Source: a bacterium (GTDB taxonomy: Bacteria > Patescibacteriota > Minisyncoccia > Phycocordibacterales > Phycocordibacteraceae). From it: 61,659 nucleotides of DNA. The notes under the pieces were generated by a model. It was not told the DNA's origin. It ran no database searches and saw only the letters and a program-made list of their open reading frames with translations. Both the position numbers and the translations under genes were made by a program. Positions 20,115-29,600 of the stretch are shown here, piece by piece. Where the stretch lies: the NCBI GenBank assembly GCA_021836725.1, contig JAKBHL010000014.1, forward strand, positions 1 to 61,659, in the 5' to 3' direction. Positions within the stretch are counted from its first letter, which is position 1. Each line of letters opens with the position of its first letter.

Positions 20115-20392
20115 GCCGCCCCATTCACATTCGCCGCTACGCGGCGCGGTTGTCTGCCCGAGCGCCCCTCCGCCGCGCTTCGCGCGGCGCCCCTCACACC
20201 AGGGGAAGTTTCAATCTGCGGTGAGATACTCACCTTTGCGCGAACCCACTTCGACAACCCAACGACCTAACGCGCCTCGGGCGCTCGCTCCGCTCGCGCA
20301 CATCCCGCGCCGTTTCCTTTGCATTTTTGTGCGGCTCCTCCCCCGACCCCTCCGCCGAAAGGCAAAAAATGATGGAAAAGGAAACGGCGCGG
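20115..20392 (-). repeat. Internal inverted attP-like junction: arm Y' (20115-20221) plus arm X' (20218-20392), overlapping at GCGG
   Basis: Left part is the reverse complement of 18535-18641; right part is the reverse complement of 25326-25500. Confidence 0.9.
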
Positions 20393-20411
20393 ATGTGCAC
20401 CTATTGAAATA

Positions 20412-20438
20412 TATCACAATATTGTGATACTTCACAAT
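20412..20438 (+). promoter_or_regulatory. Probable HTH (C-box-like) operator
   Basis: 18-bp perfect palindrome TATCACAATATTGTGATA (20412-20429), overlapping ATTGTGA-tact-TCACAAT (20421-20438), upstream of the XRE gene. Confidence 0.65.
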
Positions 20439-20462
20439 AATCTGTATGATTGTGGTGTGGAT

Positions 20463-20669
20463 ATGAGCACACCATCAACCAAACTTGGGAAAAACATCAA
20501 GCGCATTCGCGAACAGAAGAACATGTCGCAAGGAGACATATGCCGCGAAGTCGGTTTTGATCGTGCGCAGATGAGCAATATCGAGTCGGGCAAAGGAAAC
20601 CCCACCCTTGCGACGATAGAGAAGATTGCCCGTGCGCTCGGTGTCACGAGCGACGAACTGCTAAAATAA
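20463..20669 (+). CDS. XRE-family HTH regulator (RM controller-like)
   Basis: LGKNIKRIREQKNMSQGDICREVGFDRAQMSNIESGKGNPTLATIEKIARAL. Confidence 0.9.
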   Translation: MSTPSTKLGKNIKRIREQKNMSQGDICREVGFDRAQMSNIESGKGNPTLATIEKIARALGVTSDELLK

Positions 20670-20673
20670 ATTT

Positions 20674-21798
20674 ATGGCTAGAGAAGCATCAGTCAAAAAT
20701 CTTACGAATGCTAAACGGGCAAAGAACGATGAGTTTTATACTCAGTACATCGACATTCAGAAAGAAATTGAAAAGTATTTAGATTACAACCCTAATACAT
20801 TCCGAACTAAGGTAGTGTATTGCAATTGTGACGATCCCTTCGAGAGCAATTTCTTTCGTTATTTTGTTCTCAATTTCAACAAACTTGGATTGAAACAGCT
20901 TATCACCACGAGCTACAAGCCATCGCCTGTCGCAAACACACAATTAGGATTATTTGGCGACGACAAGACGTTAGGCACGCCAAAAGGTCGCCCAAAAATA
21001 ACCGCCAACAAATTTATTATCAATGAAGTAAAGGACATAGATGGCGACGGCGAGTTTAACTTGAAAGACGTTGCCAAACAGTTAAAGGCAAACAAAAACA
21101 ATGAATGGGCACCTCTGGCTGGCGACGGCGATTTCCGTAGCGATGAGTGCGTTGAGCTGCTCAAGCAGTCCGATATAGTGGTAACCAATCCGCCTTTCAG
21201 TCTGTTTCGTGAATATGTAAGGCAACTCTATGATTACAATAAAAAGTTTTTGATCATCGGTAATATCAATTGCATAACTTACAGAGAAATATTCCAAAAG
21301 ATCAAAGAAAACAGGGCGTGGCTTGGTAATGGAATGGGCAGATGGATTTCTGGGTTTATTGTACCCGAGTCCTATGACTTGTACGGGACAGAAGCTCGGA
21401 TAGATGAGAACGGAAACAGAATCGTTGCCACTAACAATTGTTTATGGCTCACCAATCTTGATCACGGACGTCGTCATCAACCATTGCCGCTTATGACCAT
21501 AGCGGAGAATTTGAAGTATAGTAAACATAAGGAAATCAGAGGTAAAGAATCATATGATACATATGATAATTACGATGCGATAGAAGTACCTTTCACCGAC
21601 GCAATACCAAGTGATTATAAAGGCGTAATGGGTGTGCCGGTTAGTTTTTTGGACAAATATAATCCTGATCAGTTTGAAATTGTCGGATGTTCTTATGATT
21701 ATGGAAGACCCGAAGGATGGGATAAGGATATCGATATGGCAGTCTCGATAAATGGCGTGAATGTGTATAAAAGGATATTAATCGAACATAAAAAATAG
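20674..21798 (+). CDS. Adenine-specific DNA methyltransferase, EcoRI family
   Basis: [37 protein letters not shown]. Confidence 0.9.
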   Translation: MAREASVKNLTNAKRAKNDEFYTQYIDIQKEIEKYLDYNPNTFRTKVVYCNCDDPFESNFFRYFVLNFNKLGLKQLITTSYKPSPVANTQLGLFGDDKTLGTPKGRPKITANKFIINEVKDIDGDGEFNLKDVAKQLKANKNNEWAPLAGDGDFRSDECVELLKQSDIVVTNPPFSLFREYVRQLYDYNKKFLIIGNINCITYREIFQKIKENRAWLGNGMGRWISGFIVPESYDLYGTEARIDENGNRIVATNNCLWLTNLDHGRRHQPLPLMTIAENLKYSKHKEIRGKESYDTYDNYDAIEVPFTDAIPSDYKGVMGVPVSFLDKYNPDQFEIVGCSYDYGRPEGWDKDIDMAVSINGVNVYKRILIEHKK

Positions 21799-21799
21799 T

Positions 21800-22969
21800 A
21801 TGAAAACAACTTTGAAAATAAATACTACCGTTAGGGAGATTTGCGACGGTTTCGTATATAACGAACTCGAAGGCAAAGGTTTGTTCGGTCTGTCTGGCAA
21901 GCTCACTATCCAGCCGGAATATCAGCGTAATTATATTTACGCCTCTGACGGCGGCAAAAGAGAAATGGCCGTCATTGAGTCAGTGCTCAAAGGGTATCCA
22001 ATAGGGTTGATCTACTTCAATGAAGTCTCTGCCGACAATCTAGAAGTTTTAGACGGGCAACAGCGCATCACCAGTCTGGGGCGGTTTGTGACTGATAAAT
22101 TTGCCATCAAAGACGAGAACGGGATGGAGCAATATTTTGGCGGCATGGCAAAAGACAAGCAAAAAAAGATTTTGGAAACGAAATTACTCATTTACGAGTG
22201 TGAGGGCACCGAAAGCGAAATAAAAGAGTGGTTCAAGACCATTAACATTGCGGGTGTGCCATTGAACGATCAAGAGCTTCTGAACGCCGTGTACTCGGGG
22301 CCGTTCGTCACGCTCGGCAAGGAAGAGTTTAGTAACAGCCAAAACGCCAATATACAGAAGTGGAGCGCGTACATTCGTGGTAGTGCCGCACGGCAGGAGT
22401 TTTTGGAGCGCGCGCTTGATTGGGTAAGCAAAGGCAACATTGGCGACTATATGAGCCGTCATCGCACCGACAAAAATATCACCGAACTCAAGACCTATTT
22501 CAAGAGCGTGATTGACTGGGCGTCCAGTGTCTTTACCGATGTAGAAAGTGAGATGAAGGGACTTGAGTGGGGCCGGCTCTATGAGGAGCATCACAAGAAG
22601 GCGTATAGTCCCGCGAAGGTGTCTGCTGAAGTACATAAACTCTACGCCGATCCATACATCAAAAATCGCAAAGGAATTTTTGAGTACGTTCTCGGCGGAT
22701 CTAGCGACACAAAGTTGCTAGAGGTGCGCGTGTTTGATGAGGCGACTAAAAAAGCGACCTATGCAACACAGACTGCGGCGGCGGAAAAGAAGCACGCTTC
22801 AAACTGCCCGCTCTGCGCGATTGGACACGATGCGAGCAAAGACAAGATTTGGAAACTAGACGAAATGGATGCCGACCACGTTGCGGCGTGGAGCAAGGGC
22901 GGCAAGACTTCCTCGAAAAACTGTCAGATGCTCTGCAAGACGCATAATCGAGCGAAAGGTAATCGTTAA
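21800..22969 (+). CDS. DUF262 (GmrSD-like) plus C-terminal HNH endonuclease
   Basis: [19 protein letters not shown]; CPLC...DADH...[14 protein letters not shown]. Confidence 0.88.
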   Translation: MKTTLKINTTVREICDGFVYNELEGKGLFGLSGKLTIQPEYQRNYIYASDGGKREMAVIESVLKGYPIGLIYFNEVSADNLEVLDGQQRITSLGRFVTDKFAIKDENGMEQYFGGMAKDKQKKILETKLLIYECEGTESEIKEWFKTINIAGVPLNDQELLNAVYSGPFVTLGKEEFSNSQNANIQKWSAYIRGSAARQEFLERALDWVSKGNIGDYMSRHRTDKNITELKTYFKSVIDWASSVFTDVESEMKGLEWGRLYEEHHKKAYSPAKVSAEVHKLYADPYIKNRKGIFEYVLGGSSDTKLLEVRVFDEATKKATYATQTAAAEKKHASNCPLCAIGHDASKDKIWKLDEMDADHVAAWSKGGKTSSKNCQMLCKTHNRAKGNR

Positions 22970-23051
22970 AATCGCAAGAGGGCTTAAGGCTTGTAAAATA
23001 AGCCCAAAATGTTGGTTAAATAGAAAAAAGACAATTTTCTGTCTAAAATGC

Positions 23052-23080
23052 TTGACTTTTAAAACAAGTAGGAATACAAT
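23052..23080 (+). promoter_or_regulatory. sigma70-type promoter for the ATPase pair
   Basis: TTGACT-17 nt-TACAAT. Confidence 0.6.
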
Positions 23081-23119
23081 GTCTGTATTAATACAAAATA
23101 ATGTCATTATACCAAGATT

Positions 23120-24394
23120 ATGTTAATAACAAGAATTAAGGCTAGCAACTTCTACGGGATAAAAGATCCTGTTGAAGTGTCGTTCACCGAAGGCGGCGAA
23201 AAAGAAAAAATAGGATATGTAAATTTCGGGAAAGAGAGAATCTCTCTTATCTCTGGTTTTTATGGTGCCAATGCGTCAGGTAAAAGTACCATATTAAACA
23301 TTATCGATACTGTAGCCAGAATAATGGTCGCGAAACAACAAGATTTTGTACTTGCTCCTAACGGGATAAAACAAGAGGTCGTTATATCTCTTCCAAACTT
23401 TACAACTGCGATGCAGACGAAACCCATTGTAATGGAGATGGATTTTATTATTGGAGACGATAAATATAATTATTCAGTTTCTATCATAAATGAGGGTAAG
23501 GAAATTTCAGAAGAAGTTTTATACAAAAATACTAAAAAAATCTTCAGTAGAAAAGATCATGGTATTTCGTTTGAAAGCAAAATTGGAAAAAATATAGATG
23601 CTTTAGCTAAAAATATCGTAGCACCAAAGAAATCTTCTTTTCTCTCTGTTATTTTAGATGACAGCTCTGATGTTTCTGTATTCGCAAACATCAAAGAAGA
23701 AATTGGAATTTCTAATCTTAACCAAATAAAGACCAATTTCTGTTTTATTACTGATAAGCGTTCGGTTCAGATGGGGCAAAATAATCTTAACGGGTTACTT
23801 GCTTTTGCAATTAACTATCTCAATAGCAATACTCAAAAACAGAGCGAAATGCTTGGTGCAGTTAATTCTGTAGTAAAGTATTTTGAGCCATCTTTTGAGA
23901 GTCTTGTTATCAAAAAAGAAAGTGATGTTAACCCAATAAACAAATCTTTCGCCTTTACCTACGAAGCAAAATATAAGGACTTCTATAAAAATCTTGGTAC
24001 CACAGAACTCTCTGCTGGAACGCGAGAACTCATCGCGTATATAGGAGATATTCTTAGAATATTAAAAGTGGGAGGCGTTGTTATCTACGACGAGACAAGC
24101 AAGTTTTATCACCCAGATATGGAGATTGCTATTCTCAACCTCTTTAAAGACAAAGACATAAACAAGAAAAATGCCCAATTATTCTTTTCATCACACAATC
24201 ACGAGACATTTGACCTCTTACAGAATGATCAGGCACACATTGTAGAAAAGAAAGATGGCAATATTGTTGTGTCAAAAGTGTCAGATTACGATGTTAAAGA
24301 AAGAGATAACATAAAGAGAATCTATCGTCTCGGTTCGCTTGGAGGCATACCAAATACTATTGATTTCAGTAGGATTATAAATAATCTCTTATAA
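23120..24394 (+). CDS. AAA/ABC ATPase, RloA/AbiEii-like
   Basis: GFYGANASGKST; ELSAGT; IYDE...FYHP; QLFFSSHN; YRLGSLGGIP; very AT-rich. Confidence 0.82.
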   Translation: MLITRIKASNFYGIKDPVEVSFTEGGEKEKIGYVNFGKERISLISGFYGANASGKSTILNIIDTVARIMVAKQQDFVLAPNGIKQEVVISLPNFTTAMQTKPIVMEMDFIIGDDKYNYSVSIINEGKEISEEVLYKNTKKIFSRKDHGISFESKIGKNIDALAKNIVAPKKSSFLSVILDDSSDVSVFANIKEEIGISNLNQIKTNFCFITDKRSVQMGQNNLNGLLAFAINYLNSNTQKQSEMLGAVNSVVKYFEPSFESLVIKKESDVNPINKSFAFTYEAKYKDFYKNLGTTELSAGTRELIAYIGDILRILKVGGVVIYDETSKFYHPDMEIAILNLFKDKDINKKNAQLFFSSHNHETFDLLQNDQAHIVEKKDGNIVVSKVSDYDVKERDNIKRIYRLGSLGGIPNTIDFSRIINNLL

Positions 24395-24398
24395 GCTT

Positions 24399-24971
24399 AT
24401 GCCTAAAAAGAAAAGCTTTAAGATATATTATTTACTACTCACCGAAGGAACAACGGAATTTAATCTTTTTGGTTATTTAACAACCAATAAGTTTAAAGGA
24501 GACTTTGAGGGTTCTAATGTTCAATTTAGTATCAAGGTTGAAATTGTAGACGCTGGAATCTCACAAGGTAAATTAAACGGAGTTGGAAATGGCACTTCTT
24601 TTAAGACCAAATATGACTCGATTAAAGACGATACTAGATATGTTGGTCAAAAATTATTCTTTGTGATAGATAAGGATTTTGACGATTCTTTGCAAGTAAA
24701 AGAGCTTATAGAAAAAGATGGCAATATCGTCCAGTTTGTTGAATATAATTCTGAACATCTATTGTTAAGATTTGGAGGCAAGAACCCCAGGAATCCTAAA
24801 GATTTTAAAAATATGGGAGAGTTTAGAGATTATTGCAAGAACGAATTTGAAAAACAGTTCAATAAGAAAGCCTCAGAGTTTAAAGATGCTGATTTCGATT
24901 CAATATTTGCAAATACTACAGACGATGCAGTAAAGAAAACTTTTGTTGAATTGTTTTCTACCCTGTCTTAA
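24399..24971 (+). CDS. RloB-like (Toprim-like) partner protein
   Basis: N-terminal LTEG and a VIDKD acidic motif; directly follows the ATPase. Confidence 0.6.
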   Translation: MPKKKSFKIYYLLLTEGTTEFNLFGYLTTNKFKGDFEGSNVQFSIKVEIVDAGISQGKLNGVGNGTSFKTKYDSIKDDTRYVGQKLFFVIDKDFDDSLQVKELIEKDGNIVQFVEYNSEHLLLRFGGKNPRNPKDFKNMGEFRDYCKNEFEKQFNKKASEFKDADFDSIFANTTDDAVKKTFVELFSTLS

Positions 24972-25325
24972 TTTATAAAGGGAGCCGCCCGCTGATGCGG
25001 GCGGGCTTGCGCGCGCACTGGGTGGGCGGGGCAAGCGCACACAGATTGCTTGTGCCCTTCGGTAGTTGGGCACAATCCGCTTTTTGAGTTGGCACCGGCT
25101 CGACCGAAGTCGCCGAGCGAACACGGAGCCGCACCGAACAGGCATCGCGAGCGAATGCGAGCGGCCTGTGCGAGGTGCGGGCGTAGTGTGAGCGGACGCT
25201 AGAGCTACACCAAATGTGGCTATGGGAGCGCCTCGTCCGCCACGAGGACGGAGAAAGCGGAGATTGGGAGCAATGGATACTTTGCGACCTTTCGGAGCTT
25301 TAGGAGGACGAAGTGGCGGGGCAGA

Positions 25326-25500
25326 CCGCGCCGTTTCCTTTTCCATCATTTTTTGCCTTTCGGCGGAGGGGTCGGGGGAGGAGCCGCACAAAAATGCAAA
25401 GGAAACGGCGCGGGATGTGCGCGAGCGGAGCGAGCGCCCGAGGCGCGTTAGGTCGTTGGGTTGTCGAAGTGGGTTCGCGCAAAGGTGAGTATCTCACCGC
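25326..25500 (+). repeat. att arm X (175 bp), inverted copy of 20218-20392; ends at the attR core CCGC
   Basis: Reverse-complement identity read by eye. Confidence 0.9.
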
Positions 25501-25539
25501 CGACATGAAAATAAGCGCCATTAGGCGCTATTTTTGTCG

Positions 25540-25582
25540 GCGGAGGCGAGCCCTGCCGGGGGCAGGGCGTGAGAGATTCGAA
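25540..25582 (+). repeat. Anti-tRNA-Ser module a
   Basis: GCGGAGGCG + hairpin + GAGAGATTCGAA is the reverse complement of tRNA 18518-18538, split by a hairpin. Confidence 0.75.
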
Positions 25583-25744
25583 GACCTTGCGAGCATTTTA
25601 TGAAGCGAAGCGAACAGAAAATCCGCAAGGTGTACTGAAACTGTATGAGGACATACATCTTCTTCGTTCGGCGTTAAATAATAATTGGTTCATCATTATT
25701 TAAGCCTCACTCATCACTGTAAGTTTCGAAAAGCGTAACCGCGG

Positions 25745-25826
25745 TCTCTCCGCCTCCGCAAAACAAGTCTGCACAGTTTTGCGGAGGCGAGCAAGGCGTC
25801 TGCACGCCTTGCGTGAGAGATTCGAA
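25745..25826 (+). repeat. 16-bp copy of the tRNA-Ser 3' end followed by anti-tRNA module b
   Basis: TCTCTCCGCCTCCGCA is identical to 18524-18539; followed by GCGGAGGCG + hairpin + GAGAGATTCGAA. Confidence 0.8.
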
Positions 25827-25903
25827 TGGCGCAGCCATATGCGAGTCCGCGAGCATGGCGAGCCGAGGCGATACGTTGGTTCGGGGCATGTATAATAAGA
25901 TTC

Positions 25904-26590
25904 ATGAGACTTACTTTGAAAAACAGAAAACCTGAGGTTCCCGGCGTCGAGTCGTTCATCTTCGAGCCGAAAGAGCAGCTTTCCTGGAAAGCCGGACAGT
26001 TTCTCCACTACGTTCTCCACCACGAACCAACAGATGACCGTGGTTCTGACCGTTGGTTCACCGTTGCGTCGGCTCCATCCGAGGGACACATTATGCTCAC
26101 GACGCGCTTTGCTGAAGAGAACGAAAGTTCCTTCAAAAAGGCGCTCAAGAAACTCAAGATTGGCGACGCGATCGAGATAGCGGACGTCGATGGCGACTTC
26201 CTCGTCGAAAACATGGATGCAGAATATGTTTTCATCGCCGGTGGCATCGGTATCACCCCGTTTCGCTCCATTTTGAAAGAGCTCGAACATGACGGCAAAA
26301 AGATCCACGCAACTCTTCTGTACTCCAATCGCGACGAGTATATTCCTTACAAAGAAGAATTAGACGCTCTAAGTGCAAACAATCCCCACCTGAAAATTGT
26401 CTACATAGTTGGTGGCCGCATAGACGAAACGGCGATCCGCAAAGCAGCACCCGAGCTGCAGAAGCCCATCTTCTATGTTTCCGGTCCGGAACCCATGGTG
26501 AATGCACTCAACGATATGCTTAAAGGAATGGGCGTGCCAGAAATCAACTTCAAGGGGGATTGGTTTCCTGGCTACAGTGTAGAAAGTTAA
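25904..26590 (+). CDS. FAD/NAD(P)-binding oxidoreductase (ferredoxin reductase-like)
   Basis: RWFTVASAP, FIAGGIGITPFRS, FYVSGPEPMV. Confidence 0.9.
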   Translation: MRLTLKNRKPEVPGVESFIFEPKEQLSWKAGQFLHYVLHHEPTDDRGSDRWFTVASAPSEGHIMLTTRFAEENESSFKKALKKLKIGDAIEIADVDGDFLVENMDAEYVFIAGGIGITPFRSILKELEHDGKKIHATLLYSNRDEYIPYKEELDALSANNPHLKIVYIVGGRIDETAIRKAAPELQKPIFYVSGPEPMVNALNDMLKGMGVPEINFKGDWFPGYSVES

Positions 26591-26633
26591 ATAATCCTCA
26601 ATGAGGACCCTGCTCGGATTTTAAGAATGTAAT

Positions 26634-29600
26634 TTACGCAGACGTTGGTTGCGTCTTGCGGGGAGCACGGTAGAACAAGACGGGTACGAGTATGAGGGTG
26701 AGGACGATAGCAAAGGAAAGTCCGAACATGATGCTGAAAGCAAGCGGTCCCCATGTCGGATTGCTCAGCGACAGCGGGATCATACCGATGACGGTGGTAA
26801 TGGTCGTGAGCACGATAGGGCGCAAGCGGGTTGCCGCCGACTCGATGACGACATCGATGAGCGGGAGGTCGGGCGCCGCGCGCAAACGATGGATCATTGA
26901 ATCCATCAAAATGATGGCATGATTGATGATGACGCCGCCGAGCGCGATCACTCCGAGAAGCGAAGAGAAAGAAATGGGCTGTCCCACCAGTGCCAATCCA
27001 TCGAGCACGCCGATGAGTGAAAGCGGTACGATCATGATGAGATAGAACGTATAGCGGAACGAATTGAACGCGACGATAAGAATCATGAACATGAGCACAA
27101 GACCGGCGATGAGCGCCACGAACATTTGCGAAAATGATTGATTGATATTCTGCGTATCGCCTCCGTAGGAGACCGAGACGCCGGGCGGCAGGGAGAGAGA
27201 ACTCAGACGCCTCTGAAAGGCGCTTACCACCGCCGATGCGGTCGTATGGCTATCAGGATATGCGGAGACAGTCTCCAGGCGCACTTTATCTTTATGCATG
27301 ATACTCGCGTTGCTTTGCCCGAGCGAGTCGGTGAGAATGGATCCAAGCAATACCGGTCCGGCAGAACCCTCAATGGTGAGATTTTTGATGCTCTCAATGG
27401 TTGTTTGATTGGTATTGGACGGACTAGTATAAGCCGAATTGAGATTCATCATGACGACAACATCGATATTTTTATTCGGCTGAGTGATGCTGATCGCTTT
27501 AGTACCCTGCAGAGCGCTACGGAGCGTCTGCGCAACCTGAAGCGTATTCACGCCAAGTGCCGCCGCTTTTGCGCGGTCGATGGTGAGGTCAAATTCGGTC
27601 CCGTTATTTTGCGTACTGCTGGTGAGATTCGTCACGTGGGGAATGGTCGCGAGCAATTGTTCGCCCCTATCGGCGGCAGTGATGAGATCATTGAGGTTAT
27701 TTCCTTCAAATTGGATTTGTATGGGAGCGCTGCTCGGCGGTCCGCCGCTTGCTTGCAACACCTGAATTGTGGCATCGGTGATAGGCGCGAGCCTTTTTTG
27801 CAAGTCATTCACCACCTGGGTGCTCGTTTTTGCATGGCCAAGCGGCAAGTTGACGGTGATGTTCGCGACGTTACTTCCGTTTGCGCCGCCGCTGAGCATA
27901 TCGGTAAATGCCGAACTCTGGCCCACGGTTGTTTGAAAAGAGTAAATATCAGGATCATGCTGTAGCACGGCCTCGACCTGGCGTACGGCATCGTTGGTAA
28001 CCGCAAGCGTGGTTCCCTGGGGTTCGGTCACGTTGATAAAAACATAATCCTGATTACTCTGCGGCAAGAAGACCGTCTGTATCAGGCCGAATAGCGGAAG
28101 GGAGATGGAGAGCAGGAAGAGCCCTCCCAAAGACAGCAAGAATATTTTTTGCGTATGACGATGCTCCAGTATGGTGCGCAGCAGTCGTTTGTACCAGGCG
28201 GTAAATCGATCGGTGTATGCTTCCTGCAGCATCGTCAATCTATTTTTTCGTTTCGTGCTGAAAAGAATGGCGATGAGCGGCACCAACCCAAGCGAAACGA
28301 AAATCGACGCCATGAGCACGAAAATAAGCGTATACGGAATGCCGGCGATGAATTTGCCGATAATGCCGGTGATGAAAAAGAGCGGCAAAAACACCGCGAC
28401 GGTCGCCATCGTACCCGCGATGAGCGGCCACGCATAATCGGCAAGCGCTTTCTGTGCGGCCGCAAGCGCATCGCCGTTCCCGCGCATGCGCGCATGAATG
28501 GCCTCGGTCACGACAATGCCCGAGTCCACCAAAATGCCCACTGCCAGAATAAGAGCGAACAACGTAATGAAATTCAATGAATTGCCCGTGAAGTACAGCC
28601 CTATAAAGGCAATGAGGAACGAAAGCGGGATAGAGATCGCGGCGACGATCGCTTCGCGCCAGCCGATGGTGATTAAGAGGACGAGAATGACCAGCGCAAC
28701 CGTCTCAACACCGGTCTTCGCAAGCTCCCCCAACTGTTTGCCAACCTGCACCCCCATGTCCGTGGAAGGCGAGATGTAGACGTTAAAACCTGTCAACGTT
28801 GTTTTTTCCATCGAGGTGAGTGCCTGCCGCACCGCGTCCGACACTCCCTGGGTAGATGCGCCCGCTTGCTTGTATACGGAAAAAGTGATTGCGTTTTGGC
28901 TTGGCGCCCCGCCGACAGATAGCCGGGAATAGGTCGTTGCCGGTGCGAGACCGTTGAAAACGGTTGCAACGTCACGGAGATAAATGAGAGTGCCGTTTTT
29001 ATTTGCGACCACTATGTTTTGAATGGCGTCAGGATTGGTGATGCTCCCTTTAAAATTTACGTTGTAGGAAATGCCATCCATGGAAATAGACCCGATGGGC
29101 AACGTCGCATTGCTTGTTTGTATAGCGGAGATGACATCCGAGATCTGCAATCCGTATAAAAGAAGCGCCTTCTTATCAACGACGACATCGACTTGTCTGT
29201 CAGGAACGCCGGTGACATGTACGTCGGAGACGCCGGAAATGCGTTTCAAGGCATCCGACACCGTTTGTCCGACTGTAGAAAGCGTAAGTGGCGGCACATC
29301 AGAAGACACCGAGGCGATAAGAATTGGTGTGTTAGAGAAACTGACCTTGGTTACCGAAGGAGTAGAAGCGTCGGCGGGCAGGTTCGGGACGACTTTCGCC
29401 ACCGCATCGCGAAGATCCTGAATGGACTGAGTAATGTCTGCGTTCGCCAGAAACTGCACCGTGATTTGCGAAACGCCGTTACTCGAGACCGATGTCATCG
29501 TATCTATATTGCTGATGCCGGATATCTGGTCTTCCAGCTTGTTGGTGATCAGCGTTTCAATGTCTGCGGCGGCCGCGCCCGGAAGCGTCGTTACGACAAC

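Larger units (their letters stand above)
18535..25500. mobile_element. ~7 kb serine-recombinase integrative element at the tRNA-Ser 3' end, carrying defence genes
   Basis: Shared CCGC core at 18535-18538 and 25497-25500; recombinase at the left end; AT-rich cargo; the sequence after 25500 is complementary to the tRNA 3' end, as expected for the original trailer. Confidence 0.85.

Noticed and set aside
24900-25603. ORFs across the structured block and att arm X
   Set aside because: Arg/Pro/Ala-rich translations of hairpin DNA, duplicated in the inverted copy; better explained as non-coding
18524-25760. The 16-bp direct repeat as the boundaries of the recombinase element
   Set aside because: The X/Y arm junctions place the crossover at CCGC 25497-25500; the 16-bp copy is more likely an older scar or duplicated module
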